A stretch of 60,694 nt of DNA, filler included. It is 9 parts of 9 records of this genome, joined end to end, with 100 filler letters (N's around TTAATTAATTAA, not from the genome) between each part and the next. Parts side by side here need not be neighbours in the genome. Positions count along the whole stretch, not along the records: positions 24,922 to 30,820 come from SRR31147125_72802; positions 30,921 to 38,598 come from SRR31147125_72831; positions 38,699 to 43,854 come from SRR31147125_72862; 6 more parts are not named here. One strand, given 5' to 3'. The translations under genes were made by a program, and so were the position numbers. Shown piece by piece: positions 30,376 through 41,300 of the stretch. Below the pieces are notes generated by a model. The model was given only the letters and a program-made list of their open reading frames with translations, was not told the DNA's origin and ran no database searches. Each line of letters opens with the position of its first letter. Within the stretch, counting starts at the first letter, position 1.

Positions 30376-30820
30376 TTATTTGGTGAGATTTTGGGCGAGG
30401 AAATCCTTGACAAACATGACAACGATCTCAGGCTCAGCATTCATTTCCTTGAGTTTAATCTCAGTCTGTCTTGTTGTTGCGACAAGGTATTTCTTTTCGG
30501 CTTGGTAGGATTTCAAGGTCTGGATATTTTTCTTGATATTTGATTTGCCTGTCTCGACCTGTACAGCAATTGTATCATCGCTGCCTTCTTCAATCGCGAT
30601 TGCAACAAGGTCGATGTTATCCTTTTCGGTGAACGTGAACTTACCGGACTTGGTAAGCGTTTCCTTGATCCGGTGAACCCAGTAATTATGTCCAATGCTG
30701 CCTCTAACATGACCGTGCTTGATACCCCATGCCTTAACCTGATCCCTTGCCTTCGATGTGATATCTAAAAGCTTTAAGGAATCAATAGTGGTAAGCGTCT
30801 ATTAAACCCCACTCATGGTG
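30376..30820 (-). CDS. C-terminal PD-(D/E)xK-like domain of a larger protein, 5' truncated, not in the ORF track
   Basis: Manual translation: LKLLDITSKARDQVKAWGIKHGHVRGSIGHNYWVHRIKE...NIDLVAIAIEEGSDDTIAVQVETGKSNIKKNIQ...KDFLAQNLTK-stop. A probable frameshift lies near 30790. Confidence 0.6.
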
Positions 30821-30920
30821 NNNNNNNNNNNNNNNNNNNNNNNNNNNNNNNNNNNNNNNNNNNNTTAATTAATTAANNNNNNNNNNNNNNNNNNNNNNNN
30901 NNNNNNNNNNNNNNNNNNNN

Positions 30921-31271
30921 GCAGGTGCAGCCTACAGGCCAGATCCAGCACTCCAGAGGCTGGGCGGTTGTAACATCACCCAGCTTGTGGTGATCTACAA
31001 TACCCAGGATGTTGGCCTCTGCCAGATCGTCCGGGCTCTGAGCCAGATCGGAATGGTCAACCAGGTAAACATCTTTACCCGCGTAGGAAGTGACCACTTC
31101 CGGAGCTGCAACACCGAATTTTTCAAGAACGAATTTGGATTCGGGAGTCAGCTCACCCTGCATGGCAGGGGCGATGTCTTCGCCCAGCTTTTTTTTCAGA
31201 TCAGCCAGACCAATGGCAGCACAGACAGAGTCAGTATCCGGATTTTTGTGACCAAATGTTAAGATTGACAT
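30921..31271 (-). CDS. ppaC: Manganese-dependent inorganic pyrophosphatase, 3' truncated
   Basis: GHKNPDTDS, LVDH, IVDHHKL, PVGCT. Confidence 0.92.
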
Positions 31272-31401
31272 AAAACCTCCTAAGTTTTTCATGTCTAAGG
31301 GTTATATTTAAGTGATGATCAATGGGACAATCGATCATCTGTGTAGTCCGATTTTCTCAGGTCGGTTATAATGATAAATGGTGATAATCTCAAGGAGAAA
31401 T

Positions 31402-32121
31402 TTAAAGATCTTTAATCAGAACCACCATATCTCGAACTGCCTGCTCCATCCCCGAGATGCTGGCCCGTGCGACAATGCTGTGACCGATACTGTACTCATC
31501 AATTTCCTTGAGGCCTTTGAACCGTTTGATGCTGTGATAGCAAAGTCCATGACCGGCATTGACGCCCAGGCCTAACTGATGGGCCAGCTTTGCTGCTTTG
31601 ACGATTCGGTCAAATTCCTTTTCCATCTCATTGTCGGATTTTGCATCACAATAGGCACCGGTATGAATTTCGATCATGTCGGCACCGATCTCATGGGTCG
31701 TTTTAATTTGAGCTTCATCCGGATCAATGAAAATGCTGACCGGGATACTGCTCATTTGAAGGGCTTTTACACTTTCCCGGGTATGGTCGGTGTGGGAGAT
31801 GACATCCAGCCCCCCTTCGGTGCTCACCTCTTCTGCCGTTTCCGGAACAAGGGTGACGAGGTCGGGTTTGACGGCGATGGCGATCTTCATCATCTCCTCC
31901 GTGGAGGCCATCTCCAAAATCAGTTTGGTTTGAACAATTTTTCTGAGAAGTTCCACATCCCGTTCTTGAATATGGCGTCGGTCCCCTCGAAGGTGAACGA
32001 CAATTCCATCAGCACCGGCAATTTCCGCGGTGACAGCCGCTGTCACCGGATCGGGATAGGTTGCTTTTCGCGCTTCTCGTAAGGTTGCGATATGGTCCAC
32101 ATTGACGGCGAGTTGTGCCAT
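31402..32121 (-). CDS. pdxJ: Pyridoxine 5'-phosphate synthase
   Basis: VNVDHIATLR, HLRGDRRHI, TLVPE, IEIHTG, VNAGHGL. Confidence 0.96.
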   Translation of the reverse strand: MAQLAVNVDHIATLREARKATYPDPVTAAVTAEIAGADGIVVHLRGDRRHIQERDVELLRKIVQTKLILEMASTEEMMKIAIAVKPDLVTLVPETAEEVSTEGGLDVISHTDHTRESVKALQMSSIPVSIFIDPDEAQIKTTHEIGADMIEIHTGAYCDAKSDNEMEKEFDRIVKAAKLAHQLGLGVNAGHGLCYHSIKRFKGLKEIDEYSIGHSIVARASISGMEQAVRDMVVLIKDL

Positions 32122-32260
32122 GAATCCTCCTTAAATGATGGTCGTGACAAAGTATTGAGTAGAAGAATATGGGGTTACATGTAGTTGGGAATCTTTATCT
32201 CATTCACTGCAAGGTAAAATGGTAAAATGGGCGTGCTTGACGGTTGCGCTCGATGGGCCT

Positions 32261-32728
32261 TTAAAAGTAGTCTAAAGAGGCATCCGGTTCGATGATTCGA
32301 AGTAGCTCAAGGCTCTTTTCAATCATCTTTGCTTCATTCTCTTTTCCTGTTTCGTGATCATATCCGATCAAATGAAGCATGCCGTGTACCAGAAGCTGGG
32401 AGAGACGTTCATCCAGAGAAATGGAGGCTTCCACGGCTTCCCGGTGGGCGGTTTCAGCAGAGAGAACGAGATCCCCCAGAAGATTTCCTCCCATCTCGGG
32501 ATACTCGCCTTCCAACATGGAAAATGATAGTACGTTGGTGGCGGAATCAATCCCTCGATAGGCCTGGTTTAACTCCCGGATGTCCGCATCATCGGTGATG
32601 ACCAGTGATACCTCATGCTCGTTATATCCCAAGGCGTTTAAGATTTGTTGGATCTTTTGACTTATCTGGGGGAGGGATAGGTTTATTGTTTTTTGCCGGT
32701 TCTGGATTTGAATGTTCTGGTGTTCCAT
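32261..32728 (-). CDS. ybeY: rRNA maturation RNase YbeY
   Basis: LNQAYRG, TNVLSF, LGDLVLS, HGMLHLIGYDH. Confidence 0.95.
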   Translation of the reverse strand: MEHQNIQIQNRQKTINLSLPQISQKIQQILNALGYNEHEVSLVITDDADIRELNQAYRGIDSATNVLSFSMLEGEYPEMGGNLLGDLVLSAETAHREAVEASISLDERLSQLLVHGMLHLIGYDHETGKENEAKMIEKSLELLRIIEPDASLDYF

Positions 32729-34997
32729 TTTTTTCTTTTTTGGCTTCCTGGGGTTTGTTGTCGTACTCGATTCTATGGTGGTAAAGACCCGTCAGAATTT
32801 TATTGAAGCTTTTAGCGATCTGATGGAGATCTTTCAATGTCAATTCGCACTCTTCAAGCTGGCCGTCGGCAAAGATGGCGTTGATCAAATCCTGGACCCG
32901 CCCTTGAATCCGGGCGGATGTGGGGCGTTCCAAGGTCCTTAGTGCGGCTTCCACCACATCGGCAAGCATGACAATTCCCGCTTCCCGGGTTTGGGGTTTG
33001 GGCCCGGGATATCTGAAATCACTCTCTTTCACGGCATCTTCCCCATGAATTTTGATGCTTTTATTGTAAAAATACCGGATAAGACTGGTGCCGTGATGCT
33101 GCTGGATGGTATCCATGATATCCTGTCCCAGCTTGTACTCCCGGGCGTACTCCAGCCCCTTTTTGGTATGCTGGATCAGCACCAGGGCAGACATGGAGGG
33201 GGATATTTTGTCATGTCTGTTTTTACCGTCGGTCTGATTTTCGATGAAGTAGAGGGGTTTATCCAGTTTTCCGATATCATGATAAAATGCACACACTTTG
33301 GTCTTGAGCGCATTGGCACCAATGGCGGAGGCGGCTGCTTCAGCCAAATTGGCTACGATGACGCTGTGGTTGTATGTACCCGGCGCTTCGATCATCAGCC
33401 GCCTCATGATGGGCTGATCCAGATTGGAGAGCTCCAAAAATTTGATGTCGGTGGTATAGCCGAACATGATCTCCATGACCGGCGTCAGCCCTGCTGTAAT
33501 AATTCCGGATGTGATCCCCCCCAGGGCCGTCAAAGAGATGCTTTTCACCAGGCTCATCACCTCAAGGCGGGGTTCCGCCGAGTAGATGTTGAGCAGTAAA
33601 GCAAGGGCGGCATTGAAAAACGCAAGTTGGAGTCCCGCTGTGATAAATCCCTTTCTTTCACGGCATTCCTTGATCCAGAATGCTCCGGTGAGACTACTCA
33701 ATAGGATGTAGAGGAACACATCGATGGGACTTGAAAAAATGATGCTGCACAGCAGTGAGAGAATCAAGGAGAAACACATGGCCACTTCGAATCCCAAAAA
33801 CAGACAGACGATCATGGCACCGGCAGCCAGAGGTAAGGCAAGGTAGAGGGTTGCAGGGGACAGGCCCAAAGGGAGGGTAAAATGGACATCTTCCGACGAG
33901 ATGGGCAGTGCAATGCGTGCAACGCTCAAAAAGAGAATCAGCATCAGCCCCAAAAAAAGAATGTTCTTATTGTGGTACTTCTCCATGGCAGGGTGATGTC
34001 TCAATGACACCAGATAAAAAACAACCAGAGAGATAAGGATAATCGCCGCCAGACCACTTTGAGCCATGATACTGTTTTTCTCATTCATCTGGTTGCTCAA
34101 GGCATTGAGTTTCATCAGACGGAAGGCATCCACCCGCTCCCCCTCCCGTAAAATCATCTCCCCTTGTTTGATTTGGTAAAGAACCGGTTTGATCTTCTTT
34201 TCCGCCGCTTTGATCCGCTCCTCCGTGGCATTTCGGTTCATGGTGATGTTCGGTCGAAGCATCTGCTGGCAGATATCCACAATCAGATTGTTTAAGTTGT
34301 AATTTAGCTCTTTGAGCAGAGAATCACCGATGATTCTGACCATGGTTTTTGCCTGATCCGGTCCGTAGAATGTTTTCAGACGAGCCACCACCTCTTCGGT
34401 GGATGAGCCGATGGTTCTCAGAACGATGCCTTTACTTTCCTCCTTAAGTAGAAGTTCTTTATTGGCCACAACCCCGTTTTGGAGGATCTCCGATAGGATA
34501 AATATGATTTTGTCGGCGATATCCGTTGCAAAATCATATTGATAGAGAATGTAATATGCGCCTTTTCCTATGGTAATTCCCAGAATGGTCTGGAATGCTT
34601 CCCTTGTTTCCCGGATGGTTTCAAAGGGCGGAGTCTTCTCTTCCAAGGTTTCGGGATCGGCTATATAAAGCTCCCTTGGAACGGCAAAGGCTTTCGTTAT
34701 TCTATCCGACAGCTTTTCTTGAAGAATCGGATCGTAATCGTATAGAAATTGGATCGTATCGGCAGCTTTTCTACGGTTTTCCAACGTGGCTTCCTGGTCT
34801 TCAATAAAGAAGTCCTTTGGCGCTTTGATATCTCGCTCTGCAATATCTCCCACTTGATACGTGTAATTGATTTTTCCCGCATGGGGATAGAGAAGCAAGG
34901 TGGAGAAGAGGGTGATGGCAATGAGGATCAGCGAGAGGACGGCAGGAGATTCCCTGAAAAACGCGGTAAACGCGTCAATATGTTTACTTGATTTCAT
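32622..34997 (-). CDS. 7TM-HD membrane phosphohydrolase (PgpH-like)
   Basis: Extracellular domain, 7 TM helices, EAPGTYNHS, YHDIGK, QHHGT, MLADVVEAA; phoH-7TMHD-ybeY context. Confidence 0.9.
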   Translation of the reverse strand: MKSSKHIDAFTAFFRESPAVLSLILIAITLFSTLLLYPHAGKINYTYQVGDIAERDIKAPKDFFIEDQEATLENRRKAADTIQFLYDYDPILQEKLSDRITKAFAVPRELYIADPETLEEKTPPFETIRETREAFQTILGITIGKGAYYILYQYDFATDIADKIIFILSEILQNGVVANKELLLKEESKGIVLRTIGSSTEEVVARLKTFYGPDQAKTMVRIIGDSLLKELNYNLNNLIVDICQQMLRPNITMNRNATEERIKAAEKKIKPVLYQIKQGEMILREGERVDAFRLMKLNALSNQMNEKNSIMAQSGLAAIILISLVVFYLVSLRHHPAMEKYHNKNILFLGLMLILFLSVARIALPISSEDVHFTLPLGLSPATLYLALPLAAGAMIVCLFLGFEVAMCFSLILSLLCSIIFSSPIDVFLYILLSSLTGAFWIKECRERKGFITAGLQLAFFNAALALLLNIYSAEPRLEVMSLVKSISLTALGGITSGIITAGLTPVMEIMFGYTTDIKFLELSNLDQPIMRRLMIEAPGTYNHSVIVANLAEAAASAIGANALKTKVCAFYHDIGKLDKPLYFIENQTDGKNRHDKISPSMSALVLIQHTKKGLEYAREYKLGQDIMDTIQQHHGTSLIRYFYNKSIKIHGEDAVKESDFRYPGPKPQTREAGIVMLADVVEAALRTLERPTSARIQGRVQDLINAIFADGQLEECELTLKDLHQIAKSFNKILTGLYHHRIEYDNKPQEAKKEKNGTPEHSNPEPAKNNKPIPPPDKSKDPTNLKRLGI

Positions 34998-35006
34998 TTT
35001 TTTGCA

Positions 35007-35962
35007 TTACTTGCGGCGTGGATGGTGATTTTGATCGTAGGCATCAATGATTTTTGCCACCAATCGGTGCCTGACCACATCCTGCTTTGAAAAGTATATG
35101 AATTTCAACCCTTTGATATGATTTAAAATTTTACCGGCTTCCACAAGGCCGGATATCTTGCCGTTGGGAAGATCCGTCTGGGTGATATCCCCGGTAATCA
35201 CAGCCCTGGAGCTGAAACCGATTCGGGTCAAAAACATCTTCATCTGCTCGGAGGTGGTGTTTTGTGCCTCATCGAGAATGATAAATGCATTGTTCAGTGT
35301 CCGTCCCCGCATAAAAGCCAACGGCGCAATCTCTATGGTGCCCTGTTCGATCAACTCCTTTGCCTTATGGGCGGACAGCATGTCGTGAAGGGCGTCGTAA
35401 AGCGGCCTCAGGTACGGATTGATCTTTTCTGCCAGATCGCCGGGTAGAAACCCCAATGCTTCCCCCGCCTCCACAGCAGGACGGGTCAAAATAATGCGAT
35501 TGATTTCCCCCCTTGTCAATGCCGCAACCGCAAGCGCCATGGCAAGATAGGTCTTGCCGGTACCGGCCGGACCCACCGCAAATACGATATCGTGGGTTCG
35601 GGCTGCATCCACATATTTTTTTGGGTTGGATTTCTCGGGGTGACGGTTTTCTTTTTGTAGGTGGTGAAGATGGTATCGAGAAAGATATCCCGAAGGTTGC
35701 AAGACGCATCCTGGCGGAGGGCCAAAGCAGCTGATTCGATATCGGCCGGGTGGATGGAGAACTTCTCTTTGACCAGCCCGTAAAGCTGTTCCAGCATTCT
35801 TTTCGTGAGTTGAACCTGGTCCAAAGGCCCCTTCAGTACAAGGGTCGAGCCTCTGCTGTCTATTGTTACGCCCGTGGCTTCAGCGATTCTTGCCAGATTG
35901 ATGTTGTGATGACCGAATAGATCTCTTGCCGAATCGGCATTGTCAAAGCTGATCTCTTTCAT
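35007..35962 (-). CDS. phoH: PhoH family ATPase, frameshift near 35618
   Basis: N-terminal part in ORF 35516-35962; [28 protein letters not shown] in ORF 35007-35702. An A7 run needs to be A8. Confidence 0.93.
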
Positions 35963-36207
35963 GACCCCATAGATTGCATGCTATGCCGTAAAGGTCAATA
36001 AAAACTTGACTCAAAAGAGTTTGAACTGATAGATAGATCTTTTATTTTGAATATTTAGCTCAAAGAGGATTCATGGCAATAGGTCTGAATCGCCCAAAAA
36101 TTGTGCATGCTGTGAATATGTCTGTGGGTGTATGGATGCGTTTGAAAAATGTATGAGTCAATGCAGAGATCAATGGAATTTGATTGTAGATTTTCCGGAG
36201 CCAAGCC

Positions 36208-36789
36208 ATGAACGGGTTTGATATTTTTATCATTATTGTGATCTCATTTTGTTTGCTACGGGGCTATTTCAGAGGGTTCATCCGGGAAATATCATCCATT
36301 GTCGGGGTCATTGCAGGGTTTTATGGGGCTCATACGTATTATCTTGAGCTTTCCCGTCAACTGGTTGTCTGGGTAAACTTTGGGGCGTATATCCATATTG
36401 TCTCATTTTGCCTGCTGTTTTGCGGGATTTTTTCATTAACATCCGTATTGGCGCTTTTAATTCAGAAATTAATGAAGGTGGCCTTTTTAGGATGGGTAGA
36501 TCGATTTTGCGGGATTGTGTTTGGAGCGCTGAAAGGGTTTTTGGTGGTCTCCATCGTGTTTATCATGCTGACGGCCTTGCTGCCCGGCGGCAGCAAAATG
36601 ATGGAACAATCTCGTCTGGCACCCTATGTGGCTCACTTTTCGGAAGTGGCTGCCGTATTTGCATCAAAGGAGCTCAAAGGCGAGTTTAAAGAAAAATTTG
36701 AGAGGATTAAGAAGTTTTGGGAACAACAGAGAAGATCCATCCGGGAGATACGAGATCGAGCCGGAAAAATGACAAAGACGGCTGTTTGA
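36208..36789 (+). CDS. cvpA: CvpA family membrane protein
   Basis: RGYFRGFIRE, DRFCGIVFGALKG. Confidence 0.88.
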   Translation: MNGFDIFIIIVISFCLLRGYFRGFIREISSIVGVIAGFYGAHTYYLELSRQLVVWVNFGAYIHIVSFCLLFCGIFSLTSVLALLIQKLMKVAFLGWVDRFCGIVFGALKGFLVVSIVFIMLTALLPGGSKMMEQSRLAPYVAHFSEVAAVFASKELKGEFKEKFERIKKFWEQQRRSIREIRDRAGKMTKTAV

Positions 36790-37559
36790 CGCCGCTTCTC
36801 GATATCGTCAGGACATTGAGAGGGGAGAACGGCTGTCCCTGGGATCAAAAACAGACCCCCAAGTCCATGTGGAAATGCCTGGCCGAGGAGATGTATGAGC
36901 TTCTGGGGGCCATAGAGTCGGGGGATACCGACGATATCTGTGATGAACTGGGCGATGTCCTGTTTCAACTGGTGTTTATCGCAGAGCTGTACCGGGAGCA
37001 GGGTGGTTTTGATATTCAGAAAAGCATTGCCGTGAGTGCGGCAAAAATGATCCGGCGGCATCCCCATGTGTATGGAGATAAAGATCTGAAAAATGAGCAG
37101 GAACTTTGGAATCGCTGGGAGCGCATCAAACAGGCGGAAAGAAAAGAAGCCGGGAAAAAAGAGGCTGAATCTCTACTTGACAGCGTTCCTTCCGGGATGC
37201 CGGCGCTGATGCGGGCGTACAAGGTGTCTGAAAAGGCGGTTCGTGCCGGTTTTGATTGGAAGGACATGGATGAAGTCATGTCGAAAGCATCCGAAGAGTG
37301 GAATGAGTTTTCAGACGCTGTGGCGAGTGGAAACAAGGAAGAAGTGGCCATGGAATTCGGGGACATTCTCTTCACCCTGACCAATGTCGCCAGGCTGGCA
37401 GGTGTTCATCCGGAAACGGCGCTGACCGGATCGACCGGGAAGTTTGAAAAACGGTTCCGGCATATGGAGCGACAACTGGGAGAGCTGGGCTGTTCGATGA
37501 AAGATGTCCCCAGGCAGAAGCTGGAAACATTGTGGGATAAAGCAAAAGAGAGCAATTGA
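36717..37559 (+). CDS. mazG: Nucleoside triphosphate pyrophosphohydrolase MazG (start uncertain)
   Basis: GCPWDQKQT, EEMYEL, DELGDVLF, RRHPHV, GFDW, EFGDILF. Confidence 0.93.
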   Translation: MGTTEKIHPGDTRSSRKNDKDGCLTPLLDIVRTLRGENGCPWDQKQTPKSMWKCLAEEMYELLGAIESGDTDDICDELGDVLFQLVFIAELYREQGGFDIQKSIAVSAAKMIRRHPHVYGDKDLKNEQELWNRWERIKQAERKEAGKKEAESLLDSVPSGMPALMRAYKVSEKAVRAGFDWKDMDEVMSKASEEWNEFSDAVASGNKEEVAMEFGDILFTLTNVARLAGVHPETALTGSTGKFEKRFRHMERQLGELGCSMKDVPRQKLETLWDKAKESN

Positions 37560-37566
37560 TACGCAT

Positions 37567-38193
37567 ATGATTATTATTGTGGATTATGGAGCAGGAAATC
37601 TGACAAGTGTACAGCGGGCCGTCTCATATCTGGGCTTTGATTCGCTGATAACCGATGATCCAGAGAAAATACTCCGGGCTGAGCGGGTGATTTTCCCCGG
37701 TGTGGGAGCTGCCGGATCCGCCATGGAAGGCATGCAAAAAAAAGGGATCGATTCCGCACTCAGACAAACCTTTGATGCCGGCACCCCCATGCTGGGAATC
37801 TGTGTCGGGTGTCAGATCATTCTGGACGGCAGTAAAGAGAACGATGCGGTCTGTCTCGGCTTGATTCCGGGGCAGGCGGAGATGTTCCCCTTAAAAATGG
37901 CAGAAGCCGACGGCACGACATTGAAGGTGCCTCATATGGGATGGAATGGGTTGAATCGTGTTAAAGCGCATCCGTTGTTTGAAGGCATCGGGCCTGATGA
38001 TGAATTTTATTTTGTTCACAGCTATTTTCCGGTACCCCAATCAGAGGATCACATCTGGGGAAAAACCGAGTATGGCATAGAATTCCCTTCGGTTGTGGGC
38101 GTGAACAATCTGTTTGCCACTCAGTTTCATTTGGAAAAAAGTGGTGAACCCGGATTATCGATTTTGAAAAACTTTTGTGTATGGGAGCCCTAA
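37567..38193 (+). CDS. hisH: Imidazole glycerol phosphate synthase, glutaminase subunit
   Basis: DYGAGNL, PGVG, LGICVGCQ, PHMGWN, YFVHSY, QFHLEKS. Confidence 0.95.
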   Translation: MIIIVDYGAGNLTSVQRAVSYLGFDSLITDDPEKILRAERVIFPGVGAAGSAMEGMQKKGIDSALRQTFDAGTPMLGICVGCQIILDGSKENDAVCLGLIPGQAEMFPLKMAEADGTTLKVPHMGWNGLNRVKAHPLFEGIGPDDEFYFVHSYFPVPQSEDHIWGKTEYGIEFPSVVGVNNLFATQFHLEKSGEPGLSILKNFCVWEP

Positions 38194-38196
38194 AAA

Positions 38197-38598
38197 ATGC
38201 TGAGTAAACGAATCATCCCCTGCCTGGATGTCAGGGAGGGGAGAACCACCAAGGGGATTAAGTTTAAAAACAATGTGGATATCGGAGAACCGGTGGAGAT
38301 GGCCCGCTTCTACTATGAAGCCGGAGCTGATGAGCTGGTGTTTTACGATATTACCGCCTCCCATGAAAAACGAAACATTATGATTGATGTGGTGAGACGG
38401 GTGGCGGAAACCATCTTTATTCCTTTTTCCGTGGGGGGCGGCATCCGGACACTTGAAGATATGCGGGCGGTGTTGTTGGCCGGAGCGGAAAAGGTGAGCG
38501 TCAACTCTGCTGCTGTGAAAAATCCCGATATCATTGCACAGGGTGCCCGGGCATTCGGGAATCAGTGTGTGGTGCTCGGCATGGATGTCAAGCATGTG
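38197..38598 (+). CDS. hisF: Imidazole glycerol phosphate synthase, cyclase subunit, truncated
   Basis: [32 protein letters not shown]. Confidence 0.95.
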
Positions 38599-38698
38599 NN
38601 NNNNNNNNNNNNNNNNNNNNNNNNNNNNNNNNNNNNNNNNNNTTAATTAATTAANNNNNNNNNNNNNNNNNNNNNNNNNNNNNNNNNNNNNNNNNNNN

Positions 38699-39803
38699 TC
38701 CGGTTGTCTTCGGGCTGAGAGATTTCTCCTTTACTCCGCTGCCGGACGGCAAATTTGCGCTATCTTTACCAGTATTCAAAGTCAGTGCTCCGATCGGGTT
38801 GAGTATCAGTAATGTTGAGGTTGATCCGGGTCGTGATGTGGTCAAGGCTCAGGTTGTTTCACCCGGTATAGATCTGACATCGCTGAGCAAGAGTCTTGAG
38901 CTTGGCTTCCCAACTAAGCTGAGTGGTAAAATCGGTGGGCTCAATGTGGTAGTCAATGATAAATACTCCACACTGATTGAGCAGGACGGTAAGAGGATTT
39001 CTGCACAGAATAAATTTGTGATGGCACCGAGCACTGTCAGGCTGGATGCTACAGATGGCTCTGCCAGTATGCAGCTCGGTATCGGTAAGATAGCTGGCGA
39101 TACCGGTAGCGGTAAATTCTCTCTCGGCGGTATGACAGTGACTGCGCCGGCAAGTGGTGCTGCTGCTCAGACACCGATAGCTCTTGGCAAGACCGTGACT
39201 GCTGTGGATATGGACACCCTCTTCAAACAACCGTTGATTATCAATGATATTATTATCGACAGTTTCGAGGCGATCTATGAGATGAAGGCGCAGGGTAATA
39301 ATATGGATGTGCTGCAGGCGAATATTGAGAAGCTTCTTCCGGCTGACAGCGGTAGTTCTTCGCAGAGTTCCGGTTCTGCTCCGGTTGCTTCTGCTGGCAG
39401 TTCTGGTAATACCTCTGTTTCTGCAGGTGGAAGCAAGTCAAGTGGAGTACTGATTAAAAATCTCTACCTCAATAACGGGAAAGTTGATTTGAAGACACCG
39501 ATTATCAAAGGTAATTTTGATATTCCTCCAACGCATCTCAAGGATCTCGGCGGGGATAATCCTCGTGTAGCCTTGACTACTGTTATGCAGGTACTGGTCA
39601 AGAGTATCGGGGCTTCCGCAGTGACCCTGCTCCAGAAGAATCCGGCACAGGCAGTCGAGGCGGTTACCGGTCTGCTGGGTGATGTGCTTAAAAAGGCCAA
39701 TAAGACAACAGACGGAGATGCTGACCAGAAGAGTGATGGTGAAGCAGTGGATAAGCATATTAATCAGGGTATTAAAGCGTTGCAGGGGCTGTTCGGTAAG
39801 TAG
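38699..39803 (+). CDS. AsmA-like beta-rich envelope protein, 5' truncated
   Basis: Frame open to the contig edge; IIINDIIID...NMDVLQANI and IPPTHLKDLGG resemble AsmA-related proteins. Confidence 0.5.
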
Positions 39804-39824
39804 AGTGGTACTGCTTAAAAGATT

Positions 39825-39856
39825 GTGTCAAAGCGTACTGAGGTAGGCTTTGACAC
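39825..39856. terminator. Hairpin between convergent genes
   Basis: GTGTCAAAGC-GTACTGAGGTAG-GCTTTGACAC. Confidence 0.55.
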
Positions 39857-39909
39857 TGAATCAGCTATACTAGTGAAGGTGCTGAGAAGTCTTTGTGATG
39901 CCTATCTTT

Positions 39910-40956
39910 TTATGGTCTAGATTTTTCTTCGTAGACACGGCGCTCATAGACGGCGCAGCTGTAGCCGGCTTCGGTTGCTTTGAGTTTTGCCACTTTTTTC
40001 AGGGCAGCAGCAGCTTTCGCAACTTCGGCTATATGCGGTACATAGGTAAAGTTTTTATTGCTGATAATGGAGATGCTGAGAGTTGTTAGTGGAACCTGAT
40101 AGGATATGCCCTGACGGTTGCGTGCCTTATAGTGTCCGTCTTTGAGATGACGTGGTTTGAAGTAGCGGGTTTTTTCCTGATCAAAATCTCTGCAGATATC
40201 CTCTACAGCTTTATGATTTAGCTTTCCTCTGGTTACAATGATAAAATCATCGCCTCCGATATGCCCGATCTTGGCTTTATTTGCTGTCGATATCCCGTGT
40301 TTGTCCATAATCTCCCCACAGAGCTGGATAAGGTTGTCTCCTGCAGCAAAACCATAAATGTCGTTGTATTCTTTGAAATTACTCAAATCCCCATAGAGTA
40401 TATTATACTCTGAACAATTGAGGGCTTTTGCCAGCCATTTTCCGATACTCTTATTGCCGGGCAGACCTGTCAGCGGGTTGGCGTTTTTGGCTGCCTCCAG
40501 TTCGAGCCTGCTGGAGCGGAGGATGAGTTTTTTTATCTCGATACTGCCGAGAAAATTCCCTTCCATATTTTCTATAATTACCGGGTCATATGTATGTTCA
40601 TCATCCCGATTCATCGCCAACGCCGCAATTTTTGGTATGGCGGTGGTTACGGGAAGGGCTAGAAATTCTTTGTGAGCCAGCACTTCAGCCGGACGTTTCT
40701 GGTGTAGGGAAAACCCGAAGGCTCCGCTGTTGCCGAGCATAAAGCTGTTGCGGGTAATCAGTCCGATTGCTTTTGCGCCATTCTGTATCACAATATGCGA
40801 GCAGTTCTTTTTCTCATTGAAAATATAGTATACCTGTTCGCAATTCAGATTCTTGTCTTTGATTACCAGTGGCATTTCCAGCAGACATTCTGCAGTATCT
40901 TCTATCGTATACATTTGAGGTTTCTCTTGTAAAGTATGTTGTGAATTCATGTGCAT
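39910..40956 (-). CDS. CBS-domain + GGDEF protein
   Basis: CBS-like pair (IGLITR...YDPVII), NPLTGLPGN, DLSNFKEYNDIYGFAAGD, HIGGDDF. Confidence 0.85.
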   Translation of the reverse strand: MHMNSQHTLQEKPQMYTIEDTAECLLEMPLVIKDKNLNCEQVYYIFNEKKNCSHIVIQNGAKAIGLITRNSFMLGNSGAFGFSLHQKRPAEVLAHKEFLALPVTTAIPKIAALAMNRDDEHTYDPVIIENMEGNFLGSIEIKKLILRSSRLELEAAKNANPLTGLPGNKSIGKWLAKALNCSEYNILYGDLSNFKEYNDIYGFAAGDNLIQLCGEIMDKHGISTANKAKIGHIGGDDFIIVTRGKLNHKAVEDICRDFDQEKTRYFKPRHLKDGHYKARNRQGISYQVPLTTLSISIISNKNFTYVPHIAEVAKAAAALKKVAKLKATEAGYSCAVYERRVYEEKSRP

Positions 40957-41300
40957 GATAATATTGAGTGCAACTTTCCCTGATAGCAGGTATAACCAAT
41001 AATTTTATTGATATAGAATAGGATTCAAACTCTAAACTAAAATAATATGCAAAAATTTATCAACAGCTGTAATTAAAACAGTAGAAGGATCCCTGACTCT
41101 GTAAGCTAGTCGAATACTAATAATGCATTATAATCCATAATATTATGATTGTGTTAGGGGTGGGTTAGTTCTTCTTTTTTTGCTGTTTTATTGACTTTTT
41201 TTCAATAAATGCCGATTATAGTTGAGAAAGCCTTAGCGAATATGTAGTATTATTTTATTACAGTTATAGTTTTTAATATTAACCTAAAAGAGTGTGGAAT

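Noticed and set aside
35516-35702. Possible programmed frameshift or phase variation in phoH (also asnB, dctM)
   Set aside because: Matches the window-wide homopolymer deletion pattern; no stimulatory structure seen.
30921-38598. phoH / 7TM-HD / ybeY / pdxJ and cvpA-mazG-hisHF clusters
   Set aside because: Familiar housekeeping arrangements; nothing unexplained apart from the uncertain cvpA/mazG boundary.
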